NCBI GenBank assembly: GCA_041576165.1
Contig: JBFGLM010000036.1
Location: 1 to 47,297, forward strand
DNA length: 47,297 nucleotides
Direction: 5' to 3'
Source: Acidimicrobiia bacterium
Lineage (GTDB): Bacteria > Actinomycetota > Acidimicrobiia > Spongiisociales > Spongiisociaceae
The notes beneath the pieces were generated by a model. That model saw only the letters and a list, made by a program, of their open reading frames with translations, made no database searches and was not told where the DNA came from. Below, piece by piece: positions 38,375-47,297 of the stretch. Position 1 is the first letter of the stretch. The number at the start of each line of letters is the position of its first letter. Made by a program: the position numbers and the translations under genes.

Positions 38375-39160
38375 ATGCGAGCCGCGCTCATCGATCTCGA
38401 CGGCGTGATCTATGAAGGAGAACGCGGGGTCTCGGGTTCAGCCGAGGCCATCGCCTGGCTCGACCAGCAGCAAATCCCTTTCATATTTCTGACCAACACG
38501 ACCTCGCGACCTCGCGGTGCCCTGGCAGCCAAGCTGCATGGTCTTGGGATCAAGACGACTGCGGATCGCATCCTGACACCTCCGGTTGCTGCCAGCCGGT
38601 GGCTGACCAAGTACGCGCCGGGCCCGGTAGCGCTTTTCGTTCCCACGGCGACAGTCGGCGAGTTTGGCGCCAGCCCACAGCTCGGGCCGGAACAGGAATC
38701 GGGGGCAGCGGCTGTGGTACTCGGCGATCTAGGTGAAGCCTGGGATTTCGCCACGTTGAACCGAGCTTTCCGGCTGCTGATGGCCAAGCCGCGTCCGGTG
38801 CTGGTGGCGTTGGGCATGACGCGGTACTGGCGAGCGCCGGACGGGCTCCGACTGGATGTGGCGCCGTTCGTGAAGGCGCTCGAGCACGCAACAGGTACCC
38901 AAGCTGTAGTTCTCGGCAAGCCGGCTCCGGAGTTCTTTCGGGCCGGGTTGGGTCTTCTCGAATGCGGGGCGGAGGACACGGTGATCATCGGTGACGACAT
39001 CGTGGGCGACGTCGGTGGCGGCCAACGAATTGGCCTACACGGCGTGCTCGTGCGGACGGGCAAGTACCAGCAGGGAGATCTCGACGGAAACGTCACACCC
39101 GACACCGTGCTCGACTCAATCGCCGAGCTGCCAGCGTGGTGGCGACGGCAGCGTCACTGA
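38375..39160 (+). CDS. HAD-IIA hydrolase (LHPP/HDHD2-like)
   Basis: DLDGV, LTNTT, GKP, IGDDIVGDVGG, VRTGKY. TACCAT box 7 nt before ATG. Confidence 0.88.
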   Translation: MRAALIDLDGVIYEGERGVSGSAEAIAWLDQQQIPFIFLTNTTSRPRGALAAKLHGLGIKTTADRILTPPVAASRWLTKYAPGPVALFVPTATVGEFGASPQLGPEQESGAAAVVLGDLGEAWDFATLNRAFRLLMAKPRPVLVALGMTRYWRAPDGLRLDVAPFVKALEHATGTQAVVLGKPAPEFFRAGLGLLECGAEDTVIIGDDIVGDVGGGQRIGLHGVLVRTGKYQQGDLDGNVTPDTVLDSIAELPAWWRRQRH

Positions 39161-39218
39161 CGGCTCCAGGGCTGGCCGGCCGGCATCCGGGCGACCGGGG
39201 AATCCCGGCGGTGGACGC

Positions 39219-39869
39219 TCACACCGTGCGCACCGGGTGGCGCAGGACTGTCCTCAGGCTCTCCGGCTTGGCCCGGCGCGGATCCCCCAAATAGATTTCG
39301 TGGTGGCGGCCGTGCTTTGCCAGCCCATGCTCTTCCGCGTATGCGTCGAGTCTCGCCACCGTGGCCGGTTCATCCGCGTAGGGCCCGATGTGCATCACCT
39401 GGATGCTGGGACCTTCGCACCACCTTTCCATCCGTATCCGTTCAAATCCGGGGTTGGGGCGCCGCTGTGCGGCCTGGGCAACCGCCGCTTCGAACATTGT
39501 GTCCGTGATGTGGTCTGGTTGCATCATCAGCAAGCTGAACAGCCATGGCTGATCGGCTTCGAACCCGAAACCTCCCGATTCCGTCGACCAGAGTCCCTCG
39601 ATCGCCATGACCGTGAAGTCCAGTGGACTATCTGGATCGAGCTTCGACATGAACTTGAGTGTGTATGCCACGCCGTACATCGCCGTCATTGCGTCCACGA
39701 AGCCTTTGGACTGGGCGGGCGGAACGCCCGGCTCGATCTGGCCGTCGATCATCGTGAATTGAAACTCGGGTACGTCGACAAGAGAGACCTGCTTCGCCGA
39801 CGGGAGATAGAGGTGTTTGTACTCCTTCTTGAGGTCGAGCTTTTGAACCGGTGTCTTGGTGGCGGGCAT
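39219..39869 (-). CDS. GyrI-like small-molecule-binding domain protein
   Basis: KLDLKKEYKHLY, EGLW, HIGPYADE, HHEIYLGDPRR...TVLRHPV. RBS AGGAGG. Confidence 0.85.
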   Translation of the reverse strand: MPATKTPVQKLDLKKEYKHLYLPSAKQVSLVDVPEFQFTMIDGQIEPGVPPAQSKGFVDAMTAMYGVAYTLKFMSKLDPDSPLDFTVMAIEGLWSTESGGFGFEADQPWLFSLLMMQPDHITDTMFEAAVAQAAQRRPNPGFERIRMERWCEGPSIQVMHIGPYADEPATVARLDAYAEEHGLAKHGRHHEIYLGDPRRAKPESLRTVLRHPVRTV

Positions 39870-39989
39870 GTTTCCTCCTGATCGACCACTCAAGTGTGGC
39901 GGAGCCCAGAGCGCACAGGCACCCGCCGTTTGGCCCTGTTTCAGTGACGGGCTCGACAGGCCCCGGCAGCACCGCCGGTTTGTCGGGGA

Positions 39990-41348
39990 TTACTCCTGGC
40001 GCCGCTTCGCGAGCTCGTCCACGAGGTGATTGCGCGAGTCCTCGATGAGGTTCAGCGCCCGGTTCATATCGACTCCAACCAACTGGCCCGCTTCCTTGCG
40101 CACGACGCCGTCGATGATGACCGTGTCGACGTTGGAGACGTCGGCGCTGATGACCACTGCGGCCACCGGGTCAATGACCGGTGCCACATTGGGGGCCTTG
40201 CCGTCGAGGATCACTATGTCCGCCTTCTTACCCGGAGTGAGGCTGCCGGTCTCACCGTCCCGGTCGGCGACAGCGGCACCGTTGATCGTCCCCATCTCGA
40301 GCACTTCGCGGGCCGGCAGGAGCGTGTCGGGTGGGTCAACGTTCTCCGCCCACGCATCGTTGAGCGTCAGCAGTCGCTCATTGCCAAACGCTGCCCGCAT
40401 CTGGGTGAAGATGTCGCCCGGCACCGTCGTCACGACATCGATGGACAAACTGGGTTTGATCCCGTGGTTACGGCACTGGATCGTTGGCGGCGTGCCATGG
40501 CCCATCTGCATTTCCACTTGGGCCGCAACCGAGATATGCCCACCCGAGTCCTTGACCAGCTCCCACTCTTCGTCGCTCAGATAGCAAGAGTGGATGTAGG
40601 TCGTACCTTCAAACAACAGGCCCATCTCGGACAGCGTCTTGACCATCCCGAAGCGCCCTGCCAGCCGACCCATGCCAACGTGAACCGTTACTGGGACGTC
40701 GAGCTCGCGTGCCAGTTCCCACTCGCCCCGGACCACCTCCGGCTTGCAGAAGCCCGGACCGCGGGTCGCCAGGGCGAGCGAGATCAAGCTGTCTTCTGAG
40801 GAGAAGTAGGTTTCGCGAACTCGCCGGATGTCGTCTTCTGGCATGACGATTTCGCTCTCGAACCAGTAGGCGACCAAAGAGGTATTGGCGCTGCCGTAGG
40901 CGTACTGCGCTCGGATGCCCGTTTCCTGCAAGCCTTGGATTGCGGCGTCGGGATGATCTGGGGTGTTGTTGATGTGCGACCAGTCGACCAACGTGGTGAT
41001 GCCGGCATTGATACATTCGAGCGATCCCCACAAGTTGGATGCGTAGACGTCCTCAGCCCGGTAGAGAGGAGCGAACGAGTCGAGAACCTCGACGAAGTAG
41101 TCGTCGAGAGTGGCGTTGGGCGCGCAATTGCGGATCGCCGCCTCCCACGTATGGCGATGCGAATCGATGAAACCCGGAATCACGATGTCGCCCGCCGCGT
41201 CGATCACCCGGGCATCGCCCGCTGCGATGTCCGGCCCGACCTCCGCTATCCGATCACCCTCGATCAGCACATCCCCGGGCGAAAAGTCCCCCACTGCGCC
41301 GTCCATCGAGACGACGTGCCCACCCTTGATCAAGATACGATCGGCCAT
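39990..41348 (-). CDS. Amidohydrolase (ATZ/TRZ-MTA/SAH deaminase-like fold), 452 aa
   Basis: IPGFIDSHRHTW, AGITTLVDWSH, VHVG, YIH, SLSIDV, TINGA, GSLTPGKKAD. RBS GGAGG. Confidence 0.88.
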   Translation of the reverse strand: MADRILIKGGHVVSMDGAVGDFSPGDVLIEGDRIAEVGPDIAAGDARVIDAAGDIVIPGFIDSHRHTWEAAIRNCAPNATLDDYFVEVLDSFAPLYRAEDVYASNLWGSLECINAGITTLVDWSHINNTPDHPDAAIQGLQETGIRAQYAYGSANTSLVAYWFESEIVMPEDDIRRVRETYFSSEDSLISLALATRGPGFCKPEVVRGEWELARELDVPVTVHVGMGRLAGRFGMVKTLSEMGLLFEGTTYIHSCYLSDEEWELVKDSGGHISVAAQVEMQMGHGTPPTIQCRNHGIKPSLSIDVVTTVPGDIFTQMRAAFGNERLLTLNDAWAENVDPPDTLLPAREVLEMGTINGAAVADRDGETGSLTPGKKADIVILDGKAPNVAPVIDPVAAVVISADVSNVDTVIIDGVVRKEAGQLVGVDMNRALNLIEDSRNHLVDELAKRRQE

Positions 41349-41537
41349 CAGATGCCTCCGTTGTGCACCAAACCGTGGTGCGGCCACCACTCCAACCTGG
41401 CCCGCCCCTCTGTCGGGTCAGGACCCCTATCTTGGCAAATCGAGTTGGCCGGGGCCCCGAAAGCCGCCACCAATTGACGGCATCCACCGAGGCACCCGTC
41501 CCATGGCTAAGCCTCCGGGTTGAATGCCGCTCGGCCG

Positions 41538-42236
41538 TTAGGACAACAACCAGCCGCCGTCGACCGTCAAGTTGACGCCGTTCATTGAGGGGTTCTCCAA
41601 CAGGAACCTAACCGCATCCACTACGTGCGCCATCAAGACCGGCCGCCCGGTTGGCGTTTTGGCCAGAACGGATTCTTTTACCGTTTCCTTGTCGGCCCAA
41701 TACCAGCTGTCGAGTACGAAGCCCGGATGCACCGCATTGACGCGGATCGGTGCAATCTCGAGCGCCATAGTGTTGACCATCTTCTCGACCGCGCCGTTGA
41801 CCGACGTCACGACCGTGGACCCCGGATAGGGTCGCTCCTTGGCGAGGCCGCCGAAAAGCACAATCGCGGATTGTTCGGTCATGCGATCGAGCAGCCGGTG
41901 CACGGTCTCGGGATAACCCACGACTTTCAGCGTCGCGAGATTGGTCCCGCGCTCGACGTTGAACTCCCGCAGCTTGTTCTGGTCGCGTTCCACCGCCGGG
42001 ATGATCAGATAATCGATCGGACCCTCCACTGAGGACAGGGCCGCCTCGATGCCCGCTGGTTGCGCCAGATCGACGGCAAGCCCGCGAGAATCGCCGCCGA
42101 TCCGGCCCGCCGCTGCGTCTGCGCGCTCTTGGTTGCGACTCGTGACATAAACCCGGCGACCGTCAGAGGCGTAATGCCGTGCGATCTCCTCGCCAATACC
42201 TGAACTGGCCCCAACAACGACAACACTTCCGGCCAT
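41538..42236 (-). CDS. SDR-family oxidoreductase (atypical active site)
   Basis: GASSGIG, RVNAVHPG, VDGG. The YxxxK region reads VTSVNGA. RBS AGGAGG. Confidence 0.85.
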   Translation of the reverse strand: MAGSVVVVGASSGIGEEIARHYASDGRRVYVTSRNQERADAAAGRIGGDSRGLAVDLAQPAGIEAALSSVEGPIDYLIIPAVERDQNKLREFNVERGTNLATLKVVGYPETVHRLLDRMTEQSAIVLFGGLAKERPYPGSTVVTSVNGAVEKMVNTMALEIAPIRVNAVHPGFVLDSWYWADKETVKESVLAKTPTGRPVLMAHVVDAVRFLLENPSMNGVNLTVDGGWLLS

Positions 42237-42320
42237 GCGATGGTTCCTCCTACGCGGGAGCGATGAGTCTACGAGCCTCTCACTCCCCCGGCCGGTTCGC
42301 CCGCTCAGTCGGCGTCGAGA

Positions 42321-43463
42321 TCACAGCTCGGACCAGCGATCGCCTTCCGCCAGATCGATGACGGTCCAGGCCATCGTGAGTGCCGCGTCTCGGAGAGCCA
42401 ATTCCCCAGCTGCGCTGACGGTGTGCTCGGCGAAGCCCTTTTGATGGTTCGTCCATTCCCCCGGGTCGATCGTCAGTTCAGGGTGAATGGACGGCACGAC
42501 ATAGCTGACATTGCCCATGTCGGTGGAGCCGGCCTCATCCGGCGGATACTCGCTCTGCCGCCTCATGTCGCGTCCAAGCTCTCGAGCATTGGCAGCGAAT
42601 AGATCGATCATGACGTCGTTGGTCTGCAGATCCAAGAAGCGGTGGCCAATCTCCTCGGTGACAAGCTGGCAGCCGGTGCCAACTGCCGCAGCCTCGAAAC
42701 AGGCCATAACCTTGGCCTTCAGCTCTTCGAACCGCTGGTTGTTCGCGGCTCGGATGTACCACGACATCGACGTGAACGATGGAATCACATTGGCGGCGCC
42801 GCCGCCGTAGGTGATGACACCGTGCACCTTGTCGGTGGGATATAGCGCCTGACGCAGATGACTGACATTGGTGTACGCGGCCACTGCTGCATCGAGCGCG
42901 TTGATACCTTTCTGCGGACTGGCCGCTGCGTGGCTCTCTCGGCCATGGAACTGGACGCCGATCTCCTCGATTACGAGGCACACGGGGTCGAGCACGTTGC
43001 GGTCGGTCGGATGGACCATCATCGAGCACGCCGCGCCGGAAAAGGCACCGGCATTGATCAGGTCGATCTTTCCTCCGTTCTTCTCCTCCGCCGGAGTGCC
43101 CAAGACGGTGACCCGGAAGCCCAGCTCATCGGCCAGCCCCGCCAACGCCACGCCGGCACCCGCCGAGGATGCCGCGATGATGTTGTGCCCGCAGGCGTGT
43201 CCAACCTCCGGCAACGCGTCGTACTCACAACAGATGACGACTTCCGGTCCGCTACGGCCCGCGCCCGCAGCGAATGCCGTCTGGAGGCCGTACGCCGGAT
43301 ACTCCACCTCAAATCCGTGGCTCTGCAGGAACTCAGCCAGCTTGGCGGACGAGTCGTGTTCCACGTACGCCGTCTCCGGATGCTCGTACATCCACCGGCT
43401 GATCTCCTGAAGCTCGGACTCAACGGCTTCGAACGCGGCCGCCGCGCGTTGCTTGGTCAACAT
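42321..43463 (-). CDS. M20 family amidohydrolase (ACY1L2/AbgB-like)
   Basis: HPE, CEYDAL, GHACGHN, GTPAEE, MVHP, HAA, NVIP, GSTDMGNVS. Start may be 43499. Confidence 0.9.
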   Translation of the reverse strand: MLTKQRAAAAFEAVESELQEISRWMYEHPETAYVEHDSSAKLAEFLQSHGFEVEYPAYGLQTAFAAGAGRSGPEVVICCEYDALPEVGHACGHNIIAASSAGAGVALAGLADELGFRVTVLGTPAEEKNGGKIDLINAGAFSGAACSMMVHPTDRNVLDPVCLVIEEIGVQFHGRESHAAASPQKGINALDAAVAAYTNVSHLRQALYPTDKVHGVITYGGGAANVIPSFTSMSWYIRAANNQRFEELKAKVMACFEAAAVGTGCQLVTEEIGHRFLDLQTNDVMIDLFAANARELGRDMRRQSEYPPDEAGSTDMGNVSYVVPSIHPELTIDPGEWTNHQKGFAEHTVSAAGELALRDAALTMAWTVIDLAEGDRWSEL

Positions 43464-43541
43464 TTCGCTTGTTCTACCCCGCTCCGCCGGTTTCTCCAAT
43501 CCGCGTGGAGGCGCGCACTCGCCGCCCGACCGGAAAAACAG

Positions 43542-44660
43542 TCACATGGCCGCTGGGTCGACCGGCTCCACGTCTCGCACGTGGACCCGCGCCAGCTTGC
43601 CGGTGGCAAGGCGGCGTTCCATCCACTTCCCGACCCAGACGACCGCCGGTATCAACGCAATGCAGATAGCTGCGCCGATCACCAGTTGCAGCCATACGTC
43701 GGCCAGAGTCGCCCCCTCCACTGCTATTGCGAACACGGGTTGGAGGAAGTAATACGTCGGCCCGGTCTGGGCGATCCAGGACGGCAGATCGGGCCAGATG
43801 TAGAAGATGACGGGGTACATCAGCAGGATTCCGCCGCTCTTCCATGCGGTGAACATGGCGTTGGCGTCGCCCGCCCACGCGCCCAGCAAGAGCCCAACCT
43901 CGGCCATCATGACGGCGCCCACGACGAGCGACAGGACCATCGCCAGCGGGGCGCGGCCAAAGGCACTGTTCAGTGCCAGGGCGATGAGTCCGGTCAGAAT
44001 GGCGAGGACAAAACCAAATGCGGCTTTCGCGGCGAGCACTTCGTTCACGGTCACCGGCGATACCAGCACGGCGTCGAGTGTCCGCCGCTCCTTCTCCTGC
44101 ACGAGCGCGGCAGCAGTGACGAACACTCCGGATACGGCCACCGCAAAAACAACGATCAGGGGCAGCAGCCGGGCGGACAGTTCTACCTCGGCCTCACCCA
44201 GGGAGACGATCTGAACGTCCACCGGAGCGGAGGTCCCCGCTACCTCGCGGACCAGCTCCAGGGTGCTGACCGACAGAATGATCCGGTTCGACGCCAGGCT
44301 CTCGCCGCCGACAAAGAACATGAGCGCGGGCTGCGCGCCGGCCCTGACAGCATCGTCAAAACCCGGCGGCAAGATCAGTGCCGCATCGAGGTTGTTGGTC
44401 TCGACGTCAGCGAGCACCGTGTCGCGATCTTGGTACACCGTGACCTGTATCCCGTCGAGGGTCTGCGCCTCGGTGGTTATCGCCGAGGCCCCTTCGTCCA
44501 GGATTCCCAGTCGTGGCTCGGGGTCGAACAACCCGCCGAAGACGCCGCGGATCACGACGGTCAAAATCACGGGCAGCACAAGCGCCCATAGAAGCAGCGG
44601 CGACCGCGGCCCCATCGCCAGGTCTTTGCGCAGCACTCTCCAGATGTTGCGGAGCCTCAC
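43542..44660 (-). CDS. ABC-2 type exporter permease
   Basis: LVQEKERRTLDAVLVSP...AK with TM helices. GTG overlaps the upstream stop. Confidence 0.87.
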   Translation of the reverse strand: MRLRNIWRVLRKDLAMGPRSPLLLWALVLPVILTVVIRGVFGGLFDPEPRLGILDEGASAITTEAQTLDGIQVTVYQDRDTVLADVETNNLDAALILPPGFDDAVRAGAQPALMFFVGGESLASNRIILSVSTLELVREVAGTSAPVDVQIVSLGEAEVELSARLLPLIVVFAVAVSGVFVTAAALVQEKERRTLDAVLVSPVTVNEVLAAKAAFGFVLAILTGLIALALNSAFGRAPLAMVLSLVVGAVMMAEVGLLLGAWAGDANAMFTAWKSGGILLMYPVIFYIWPDLPSWIAQTGPTYYFLQPVFAIAVEGATLADVWLQLVIGAAICIALIPAVVWVGKWMERRLATGKLARVHVRDVEPVDPAAM

Positions 44661-45745
44661 AGTGTTGCCACCCTTCGCTTGAGGATCATCCACCCCATCG
44701 CAAACACGGCCACGCACCATGCTGCCAGCAGCGCGAGGTTGGGCATGGTCTCGGCCCATCGTTCACCGTACGTTGTGACTCCGACGATCGCTTGGACCAG
44801 GCCATAGGTCGGCAGAGCTCGCACCCAGGCGGATGCAGTCCCCGGGAACAGGGCTGCGATGGCCGGCACCATCAGCGGGACCATGAAGGCGACACTGATG
44901 AACGCAATCGTGATGAAGTCCTTGCCAAAGGAACCGGCGACCAGCCCGATCCCGGTGGCGAGAATCGCGCCCAGTAACAAGATCACGGCCATCAGATCGG
45001 GCGACGTACCGAGCGAGCCGATGAGCGCCAGCAGCAACAGCGCCTGGCCGAAGGCAAGCAAAGTGCCGAAGATGCCTTTCGCGGCCAGGAAGTCGCTGAT
45101 CCGGGCGGGTGTGGTCAAGACGGCGGTGACCGTCCGCTGCTGGATCTCGCTGGCGACCAGCGAACCCAGCGCCAGGATCTCGAGGATCAGAATGAAGAAG
45201 ACGAGGAGCGGCCGCATCCGCTCCTGGAGCGACACCTGTGCACCCACCCGGTCGACACCGAGGACGAGTTCGGTGGGATCGGGAGGCATGACCGGTGGCG
45301 GGTTGCCGGCCACGGTGTAGGCCATCTCCCGCACGAACGCTGAGACTGCGAAGCGGATCTCGTCGGGCAGGTCGCCCGGCACGTACACCGTCACCGTGGA
45401 TCGGCCACCGGCTGCTGTGGTCGAAACGAAATCCGGTGGGAACGAGACACCCGCAACCACGTCGCTGTCGGTCTCGCCGGCCACAGCGGCTTCCAAGTCG
45501 GCTTCGGTTTCGAATTCCTCAAAACGCAGTCCTGTCTCGTCGCCGGTGAGCGTTGCCAGGATCTCTCCAAACGCGCCACCGTGGACGCCGAGTTTGAGGG
45601 TCTCATCGACTCGGGAGGGCAGGATCCAGAATATGGCGACGTAGAACACGATTCCGAGGACGGAGACCACCACATAGAAGCGGTCGCGACTCAGCTCTCG
45701 GAAGTCTTTGGCCACGATTGCCCGGATGATCTTCGCCCGGCTCAT
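44657..45745 (-). CDS. ABC-2 type exporter permease
   Basis: KDFREL, EIQQRTVTAVLTTP...AK, LPTY with TM helices. Confidence 0.87.
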   Translation of the reverse strand: MSRAKIIRAIVAKDFRELSRDRFYVVVSVLGIVFYVAIFWILPSRVDETLKLGVHGGAFGEILATLTGDETGLRFEEFETEADLEAAVAGETDSDVVAGVSFPPDFVSTTAAGGRSTVTVYVPGDLPDEIRFAVSAFVREMAYTVAGNPPPVMPPDPTELVLGVDRVGAQVSLQERMRPLLVFFILILEILALGSLVASEIQQRTVTAVLTTPARISDFLAAKGIFGTLLAFGQALLLLALIGSLGTSPDLMAVILLLGAILATGIGLVAGSFGKDFITIAFISVAFMVPLMVPAIAALFPGTASAWVRALPTYGLVQAIVGVTTYGERWAETMPNLALLAAWCVAVFAMGWMILKRRVATL

Positions 45746-46611
45746 CCCGCCAGTCCCCTGCCGGCGAACTCGATGAATATGTCCTCCAGGGTTGCTTCTT
45801 CGGTGTGGATTGTCATCAGGTCCTCGACGGCGACGGCCGCCCGGATCCGGTCTTCCGCCCCGGGCTCGTCCAGCGGGATGAGTGTCTCCTCCACTTCGCC
45901 GTTCACCCGGGCACGTATGCGAACGTTGCGCCGCCCATACGCCAGCTTGAGGTTCTCGGGTGAGTCGACGGCCAGGATGCGGCCTTCGTCGATGAACGCC
46001 ACCCGATCGGACAGCTTGTCCGCCTCCAGCATGTCGTGGGTCGTGAGCAGGACGGCGACGCCCTGGCTCGCCTCTTCGCCGATGACCTCCCGGATCGCTT
46101 TCGAGGACACGGGATCCAGGCCGTCGGTTGGCTCGTCCAGGAACAGCACATCGGGTGTATTCAGCAAACAGCGCGCCACCATCAACCGCTGCCTCATGCC
46201 CTTGGAGTAGCCGGACACGCGGTCGTGCCCCCGATCGAACAGTCCCACCCGACGCAGGAGAGGATCCGGATCGAAGTTGTCGAGGCTGTACAAGCGGGCG
46301 AAGAACTTCAGGTTCTCTCGTCCGGACATGTCGAGATAGAGGTTCTTCTCCTCGAAGCAGACGCCGATCCGGGCCTGGATCGACTGCTTGTCCTCTGGCA
46401 TCCGCATGCCGAGTACAGAGATGTCTCCGGCCTCGGGATCGAGCAGACCTGTGAGCATTTTGATCGTCGTCGATTTGCCGGCACCGTTGGGGCCGAGGAA
46501 GCCCAGGATCTCGCCCGGGGCGACGGAGAACGACACGTCATCGACAGCCACGACATCCCCGTACGAAAACCTCAGCCCGGAAACGTCGATGGCGGCAGTC
46601 TCGGTGATCAT
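45742..46611 (-). CDS. ABC-2 type exporter ATPase
   Basis: GPNGAGKS, YSKGMRQR, LDEPTDGLD, LTTH, TLEDIF. Confidence 0.92.
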   Translation of the reverse strand: MITETAAIDVSGLRFSYGDVVAVDDVSFSVAPGEILGFLGPNGAGKSTTIKMLTGLLDPEAGDISVLGMRMPEDKQSIQARIGVCFEEKNLYLDMSGRENLKFFARLYSLDNFDPDPLLRRVGLFDRGHDRVSGYSKGMRQRLMVARCLLNTPDVLFLDEPTDGLDPVSSKAIREVIGEEASQGVAVLLTTHDMLEADKLSDRVAFIDEGRILAVDSPENLKLAYGRRNVRIRARVNGEVEETLIPLDEPGAEDRIRAAVAVEDLMTIHTEEATLEDIFIEFAGRGLAG

Positions 46612-46676
46612 GTCATCAAGTCTGGCTGATAATCATGTTCGGGTCCCAGGACCGAAAGCCCTTGTTCGTCCATCCA

Positions 46677-47297
46677 TCAGGAGGCAGAACCAACGGTCGC
46701 AAAGACCGATTGGATCCCCGCAAACTCGACCCCGACGTCGCTCGAATCGGAATATCCGCACAGGGTGAATGAGTGCGCGCCTGCGCTCACCGCCACTGCA
46801 AAGCTCCCCGAAGCGGTATCGAAGTTGTCGGTGCCGGTCACCATCCCGAGCGCCTGGGTTGGGTTCGGGGTGACGGAGATTGGGCTCACGCACGCCGTGT
46901 CATCCACCTGGACGTAGGCCCGGTACTCCGTATCGGTCCCGAGCCGTTCCACGCTGACGTAGTACGTCAACAGGACCAGGCCCGCCTCGGGCGCCGCCAT
47001 GCCGGTGGTGGCCACGAGGGTTGGCGTTGCTGCAACGAGGCTCACACCGGCGGCAGGGTCATACTGGTCGCCGTTGATCTGCGCCAAGTAGTGACTGGGC
47101 GGCTGTCCATCGAGCAGGGCGGAGTCGGCCGCTTGGTCTGTCGCACCCAGGAACGCGGTGCTGTCCAGCCCATCCAGCAAATCCGAATCTGCCGCCTTGT
47201 CCGTCGCACCCAGGAACGCCGTACTGTCCAGCCCATCCAGCAAATCCGAATCTGCCGCTTTGCCCGTCGCACCCAGGAACGCCGTACTGTCCAGCCC
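46677..47297 (-). CDS. Partial (5'-truncated by window edge) hypothetical surface-type protein with 21-aa repeats and a C-terminal beta-rich domain
   Basis: Frame open to the window end. Repeats of DSDLLDGLDSTAFLGATxKAA, then about 140 aa of beta-strand-rich sequence. Confidence 0.7.
   Translation of the reverse strand, partial: GLDSTAFLGATGKAADSDLLDGLDSTAFLGATDKAADSDLLDGLDSTAFLGATDQAADSALLDGQPPSHYLAQINGDQYDPAAGVSLVAATPTLVATTGMAAPEAGLVLLTYYVSVERLGTDTEYRAYVQVDDTACVSPISVTPNPTQALGMVTGTDNFDTASGSFAVAVSAGAHSFTLCGYSDSSDVGVEFAGIQSVFATVGSAS
47107..47297. repeat. 63-bp coding tandem repeat, about 3 copies, continuing off the window
   Basis: CTGTCCAGCCC recurs at 47161, 47224 and 47287 (period 63), with a more degenerate copy from 47107. 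Confidence 0.9.

Noticed and set aside
47107-47297. CRISPR array
   Set aside because: The units are contiguous, have no unique spacers, keep the reading frame, and no cas genes are present.

Overview
A high-GC, gene-dense window of about 49 CDSs. Several genes have TANNNT boxes 6-7 nt before the start codon (probable leaderless mRNAs), which points to an actinobacterium (inference). I see no rRNA, tRNA, CRISPR array, integrase or transposase. The left part (0.7-9.7 kb) is a purine/ureide catabolic regulon: a 2Fe-2S/Mo xanthine-dehydrogenase-like gene, a short SsnA-like amidohydrolase, an N-carbamoyl-D-amino acid hydrolase, a beta-ureidopropionase-like enzyme, a thiamine-binding-fold protein paired with a small HTH protein, and two PLP fold-II enzymes. 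A TTGACA-N3-TGTCAA-type operator overlaps the promoters of both leftward operons. The most striking feature is a class I SAM methyltransferase (12720-13520) that the ORF track splits into two pieces. An in-frame UGA follows a Cys (DVLC-U-LEPK) and is directly followed by a hairpin with bacterial SECIS geometry, so this is a candidate Cys-Sec selenoprotein. The rest is mostly catabolic genes for unknown substrates: a Liv-type ABC importer, amidohydrolases, cupins, beta-hydroxyacid dehydrogenases, SDRs, a CoA ligase and a crotonase. Several of these enzymes lack their family's canonical catalytic residues. The window ends with an ABC-2 exporter and a partial gene carrying 63-bp tandem repeats.
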